64,000 nt of DNA from an uncultured Acidobacteriota bacterium (lineage in GTDB: Bacteria > Acidobacteriota > Vicinamibacteria > Fen-336), in contig OY970399.1 of assembly GCA_963720545.1 (NCBI GenBank), forward strand, positions 2,016,001-2,080,000, in the 5' to 3' direction. Both the position numbers and the translations under genes were made by a program. This document shows, in pieces, positions 59,688 through 64,000 of the stretch. How positions within the stretch are numbered: position 1 is the stretch's first letter; every line of letters starts with the position of its first letter. Under the pieces are notes generated by a model that saw only the letters and a list, made by a program, of their open reading frames with translations, did not search any database and was not told where the DNA came from.

Positions 59688-59741
59688 GACGGCCCGCCAG
59701 GACCGTCGATCAACCTGTCCGGGCGTTGACGCCCGCCTAGA

Positions 59742-60338
59742 ATGTTGAACAGCATGTCCATCGCCGACGCGGTGCTCGATCGGCTGCTCCAGGTCAATCC
59801 CAGGCAACAGGCCGAAGCACTCCTCAGCTTGATCGCCTCGCATTCAGGCGCCGAGACCAGCGCCTTGTTCCGCGTGACCGCGAAGGACGCTCGACCGGAG
59901 CTGTTCGTCGCCCGCATGGTCGACCAGGCGGCCCTCGACAATGCGGCGGAGTGCTGGAGCACGGACAGCCATCGCCTTGGGGACGGGGAGCCCGTGGACG
60001 GACCCGGTTATCTGGTGATCGGCATTCCCGGCGGCCTCGTCTACCTCTCGGGAAAGCTGCCGATCAGCCGCGAGCGTGCGCAGGAAGTGGTGGGTGCCGC
60101 GAAGCGCGCTCTGTCGTTCGCCATCGGCTGGCGCGAAGCCGTCGCCGAGCCCACCGTGGTCGAATGGCTCGCATCGCGCAGCGCGAGCGAGATTCGCCGC
60201 GAGAAGCTCCTCCAGGTGCTGCGCGACGCCGGCTGGAACAAGGCCAAGGCGGCGCGCATCTGGGGCTGCAGCCGCGCCACCATGTACAACATGATGGAAA
60301 GCCTCGGAATCCCCCTGGACGAGCGCGTCGGAAAATGA
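59742..60338 (+). CDS. Degenerate GAF-like + Fis-type HTH regulator (start may be 59754)
   Basis: C-terminal RREKLLQVLRDAGWNKAKAARIWGCSRATMYNMMESLGI; N-terminal part resembles 56822-57520. Confidence 0.75.
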   Translation: MLNSMSIADAVLDRLLQVNPRQQAEALLSLIASHSGAETSALFRVTAKDARPELFVARMVDQAALDNAAECWSTDSHRLGDGEPVDGPGYLVIGIPGGLVYLSGKLPISRERAQEVVGAAKRALSFAIGWREAVAEPTVVEWLASRSASEIRREKLLQVLRDAGWNKAKAARIWGCSRATMYNMMESLGIPLDERVGK

Positions 60339-60380
60339 CGGCTCAGGTGCGTCTGCACAAGGGCGTATAAGCTCCGGCCG

Positions 60381-61669
60381 GTGATACCGGAGCGGAAATC
60401 CATCGGTTCGCGCCTGATACGGACCGCTTTGGTACTGCTTCTGTTCCTCGCTTCAGTATTTGCCGTTTACGAAGCGACGCGCCGGTTTGGGTTCGTGCAG
60501 GACGACTTCCTGTTTGCACGGCCGTTGACGGCGCGTCAGCTCGCTTCGACGTTTTTCGGGAACTGGGAGCCGTTTGGTCTTGGCAATTCCCATTACCGGC
60601 CGGTGGTGGCGCTGACGCTTGCGGCCGACTACGAGATTCATGGTGTGCGGCCGCGCGGGTACCACGAGACAAACCTCATCCTGCTGGCTTTTTGCGGGCT
60701 GGCGTCTTTCGCGCTGCTGCGGCGGCTGGGCTGCGGGCCGCTGCCTGCATTCCTGGCGAGCCTGGCGTGGCTCGTTCATCCCATGAGCGCGTCCTCGGCG
60801 GCCTGGTGCGCGCAGCGGACCGATTCCGTCATGGCGATCTTCTACCTGCTGGCCGTGCGAGCAGCGCTTGCTCCCGCCTTCTCGAGGACCGAGCTGCTGA
60901 AAGTGCTGGTGTTCGGGGTGCTCGCGCTTGGCTCGAAGGAGATGGCGGTCACGCTACCCGGCCGTCATTGCCATGGCGCTTTGGGTCTTCAAGCCTGCCG
61001 ATTGGCGGCGACGCATCCTGCCGGTCGGTCGGCGGTACGTTGGTGCTCGCGGTGGCGCTGGTCGTTGACTTCAGCCGGCTCTTTCCCGAGAAGACGCATT
61101 TCTATCCCCCACCGCTGGGATACGCGCTGCACATACTCTTCCCAGTCTTCTGGCCAACTTCGTACCTGCACTTCTGGAATGCGCGGATTCCCGATCCGCG
61201 CGATGTCTGGACGGCGCTCGTGTTCTTTGCCGGTTCGGCGTGGCTCGCGATGCGGCACAAGGAACAGTTGTCGCTGCGGTTCGCTGCTGCCGGGCTGCTG
61301 TGGCCGGTCATCACGCTGGTGCCGGTCTTTGGCCTCGATGATCCGGACAGCTACCGGCTTGGATTGCTGCCAGCGTTCGGATTCGCGTTCATCGTGGCCG
61401 CGTTTGCCAATGGGTTTCGGCGGCACCGGCCGGTCGTGCTCCTGGCCGCTGCCGGCCTTGCCATCTGGTTCGTGCCGATGGCGCGCGGCAGTGCGGCGGT
61501 CTGGGGGCCCGGCGGCTTTCAGTACCAGAGCTTGTTGAAGTGGCGCGCGCAGCAGCCCGAGTGGCAGGCGTTACTTACGCCTGAGATGCGGGCGTTGTTC
61601 GAGCGGCAGGTGCGGCGGGATCTGGGGCCGGACTACCTACGGGCTGGACCTACGGAGCCGCAGCGCTAG
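60381..61669 (+). CDS. GT-C-like (TMTC/PMT-type) membrane glycosyltransferase; frameshift near 60960
   Basis: FVQDD, HYRPV, GYHETNLIL, VHPM...AW...RTD, LGSKEMAVTLP, then continues in another frame. Confidence 0.65.
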
Positions 61670-61715
61670 GAGATCCTTCGGGCCAGCGCAAGCGCAAGTA
61701 GCCCTCAGGAAAACG
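61669..61715. repeat. Divergent REP-like element, inverted copy
   Basis: Reverse complement CGTTTTCCTGAGGGC...GCCCGAAGGATCTCC shares both ends with the 2046/3805 repeats; between convergent genes. Confidence 0.6.
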
Positions 61716-61725
61716 GGCTGTGGCC

Positions 61726-63159
61726 TCAGGGCTTCGGTTTCGCGGGTTGCTTAGTCGTTAGCTGGCGGATGACGTCGTAGAACATGGGGACCGCCTTGCG
61801 CAGTTGGTCGGTGCTGATGCGTTCGTCGTCGCCGTGGGTGGTGTTGCTTTCGTCCTGGGTGGCGCCGTAGGTGGTGAAGCCGTAGCAGTTGGGGCCGATG
61901 GTGCGGAACAGGACGCATTCGGTGGCGCCCGACAGAAGCTTGGTGGTGACGGGGACGCCTGGGTAGTTCTTCCTGAAGACACCTTCTGCGATACGGAAGA
62001 GCTCCGTGTCCACCGGGCTCTGGTTGGGGGCGCGGAAGTTGGGGCGCGGCGTGATTTCCACCGTAGGATCGCCGATCACCTTGGTGATCTCGTCGAGGAA
62101 CGCCTTCGGGTCCTCGCCGGGCAGGAGGCGCACGTCGAGTTCGGCTTCGGCGGTGCCTGGGATGACGTTGGTTTTGTAGCCCGCATGCACCACCGTGATC
62201 GAGATGGTGTTGCGCAGCATCGCCGAGACGTCGCGGTCGGCGTAGAGGACGTCGGCCGCCTTCGGGTCCTTGATGGCCGTCGCCAGGTCTTCGTACCAGG
62301 CCTTGCGGTCGCCCGACTGTGGCGCCAGGTCCTTGAAATACTTGGCGACCGACGGGATCACCTTCAGCTCGGTCTTGTAGAGGCGCACCTTCTCGAGCGC
62401 CCGGATCATGCGGTTGAGGGCCGAGTCGGCGATGGGGCGCGAGCCGTGGCCGGGCGTGCCGGTCGTTTTGAGCGTCAGCCAGTAGGGGCCCTTCTCGCCG
62501 GCGCCGAAGCCGAAGTAGACCGGCTTGCCGCTCGCGTCGATCACGTTGTCCGAACCTTCGGTTATGACGTATTCAGCGGGCTTGATGATGTCGAGGAATC
62601 CGGCCGAATCGATGGCGCGGAAGGCGCCCAGGAAGTCCTGCTCCTCGTCGGCGGTGCCCATGAAGATGAGGTCGCGGTCGAGCGCCAGCTTCTCGCGCTT
62701 GGCGCGGATGAAGGCAACCAGCTGGATGATGCCCTCGCTCTTCATGTCCTGCGCGCCGCGGCCCCAGATGGCGCCATCTTTTTCGAGGCCGGAGAAGGGC
62801 GGGACAGACCAGCGCTTCGGGTCGGCCGGCACCACGTCCATGTGGTTCGTCAGCACCACCGGCTTGCGCGCGCCGCTGCCCTTCAGGATTGCGATGACGT
62901 TGGCGCGGCCGGGAGCGAACTCGTCGATGCGCGCCTCGATGCCTTCCTTCTCCAGCACCTTCTTGTAGAAGGCGGCGGCCTTCAGCTCGTTGCCGGGCGG
63001 CACCGTGGTGTCTATCTGCAGGTACTCCTTCAGCAGCGAGACGGCCAGGTCCTGGTACACGGTGTCCGCCGCGGCGGTTGCGGTGTTGGCTGCGGCGGGT
63101 TTTGCGGGCGCCGCTTTGGGCGCGAGAAGGAGCAGGCTGAGGCTTGCGGCTGTGAGCAT
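61726..63159 (-). CDS. M20/M25/M40 family metallopeptidase, exported
   Basis: NHMDVVPA, GRGAQDMKS, ADEE, GHGS, NVIPG, HGDDERI. Confidence 0.9.
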   Translation of the reverse strand: MLTAASLSLLLLAPKAAPAKPAAANTATAAADTVYQDLAVSLLKEYLQIDTTVPPGNELKAAAFYKKVLEKEGIEARIDEFAPGRANVIAILKGSGARKPVVLTNHMDVVPADPKRWSVPPFSGLEKDGAIWGRGAQDMKSEGIIQLVAFIRAKREKLALDRDLIFMGTADEEQDFLGAFRAIDSAGFLDIIKPAEYVITEGSDNVIDASGKPVYFGFGAGEKGPYWLTLKTTGTPGHGSRPIADSALNRMIRALEKVRLYKTELKVIPSVAKYFKDLAPQSGDRKAWYEDLATAIKDPKAADVLYADRDVSAMLRNTISITVVHAGYKTNVIPGTAEAELDVRLLPGEDPKAFLDEITKVIGDPTVEITPRPNFRAPNQSPVDTELFRIAEGVFRKNYPGVPVTTKLLSGATECVLFRTIGPNCYGFTTYGATQDESNTTHGDDERISTDQLRKAVPMFYDVIRQLTTKQPAKPKP

Positions 63160-63221
63160 CCTGGGAGGATAAACTGCCTCGCCAGCCATCGCCATCTTGC
63201 GCCCGAATTGAGGAGACCCTG

Positions 63222-64000
63222 ATGATGCTTCGCTTCGTCGCCGCGGCATGCGTACTTGCTGCCACCGCTTCCAGCCTGCACGCGGCCGGCCGGCCCCTGA
63301 AGATCGACGACATGTTCGCCCTGCACGACGTCTCGGAGCTGGCCTTGAGCCCGGACGGCACGCGCATCGCCTACACGTTGACGAAGACGGACGCGAAAAA
63401 AGACGACACCGACAGCGACATCTACATGATCCCGTTCGCGGGCGGCGCGCCGGTGCGGATCACCACCAGCGAGCAGTCGGAGGAGCACCCCCGGTGGAGC
63501 CCCGACGGCAAGTGGCTGGCGTTCCTGTCCGACCGCGACGACGACAAGGCACAGGTGTACGTGATGCCCACGAGCGGCGGCGAGGGGCGGAAGCTCACCA
63601 ACCTCAAGGGCAGGGTGTCGAGCTTCCAGTGGTCGCACGACAGCACCAGGCTGCTCGTCGTCGCGCGCGATCCGGATCCGGACGACGATGACGATGCTGC
63701 TTCCGCCGCGAGCAAGACGACCGACGCGGAAGACCGGACACCGAAGCCAATCGTCATCAACCGCCGCCAGTTCAAGATGGACGGCACCGGGTACCTCTCC
63801 GATCGCCGCAGCCACCTCTGGGTCTTCGACCTCGCGAGCAAGTCGGCGTTCCAGCTGACGTCGGGCAACTTCGACGACGGCAACCCCGACTGGTCGCCCG
63901 ACGGCCGCTCGGTGGTGTTCGGCTCCAATCGCACCACCGATCCCGACTCGAACAAGAACAGCGACATCTTCGTGATCGACGCCTACCCTGGTGCCAGGCC
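63222..64000 (+). CDS. S9-type (dipeptidyl/acylaminoacyl) peptidase N-terminal beta-propeller with PD40 repeats, partial
   Basis: GAGGAG RBS; MMLRFVAAACVLAATASSLHAAGRPLKIDDMFALHDVSELALSPDGTRIAY; repeated WSPDG; catalytic domain not in window. Confidence 0.75.
   Translation, partial: MMLRFVAAACVLAATASSLHAAGRPLKIDDMFALHDVSELALSPDGTRIAYTLTKTDAKKDDTDSDIYMIPFAGGAPVRITTSEQSEEHPRWSPDGKWLAFLSDRDDDKAQVYVMPTSGGEGRKLTNLKGRVSSFQWSHDSTRLLVVARDPDPDDDDDAASAASKTTDAEDRTPKPIVINRRQFKMDGTGYLSDRRSHLWVFDLASKSAFQLTSGNFDDGNPDWSPDGRSVVFGSNRTTDPDSNKNSDIFVIDAYPGAR

Overview
High-GC bacterial chromosome segment. The ADOP-type orphan permease, Ser/Thr kinase-TPR protein and GAAC-N7-GAAA SOS-like box suggest Acidobacteriota (inference). 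It is mostly housekeeping, catabolic and signalling genes: an imuA-imuB/dnaE2 mutasome split by an M13 peptidase, many peptidases, truA, glnA, rsgA, ATP-dependent ligase, cysK, tRNA-Glu(CTC), a KaiC-like ATPase with a hybrid kinase, a myo-inositol cluster and gltX. Several genes (dnaE2, glnA, iolB, a GT-C-like gene) carry single-base frameshifts that look like assembly indels. The standout is a partly AT-richer locus next to gltX (56822-60338). It holds a secreted 119-aa precursor made of exactly seven 13-aa AHGFTSGPPxVxx repeats, a 7-TM membrane protein and a membrane-anchored unknown protein. Two GAF-like/Fis-HTH regulators lacking an AAA+ domain flank these genes, and a perfect 12-bp inverted repeat lies before the precursor. 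This is a candidate undescribed multi-copy peptide signal/receptor system. All calls come from reading the sequence; no database searches were run.
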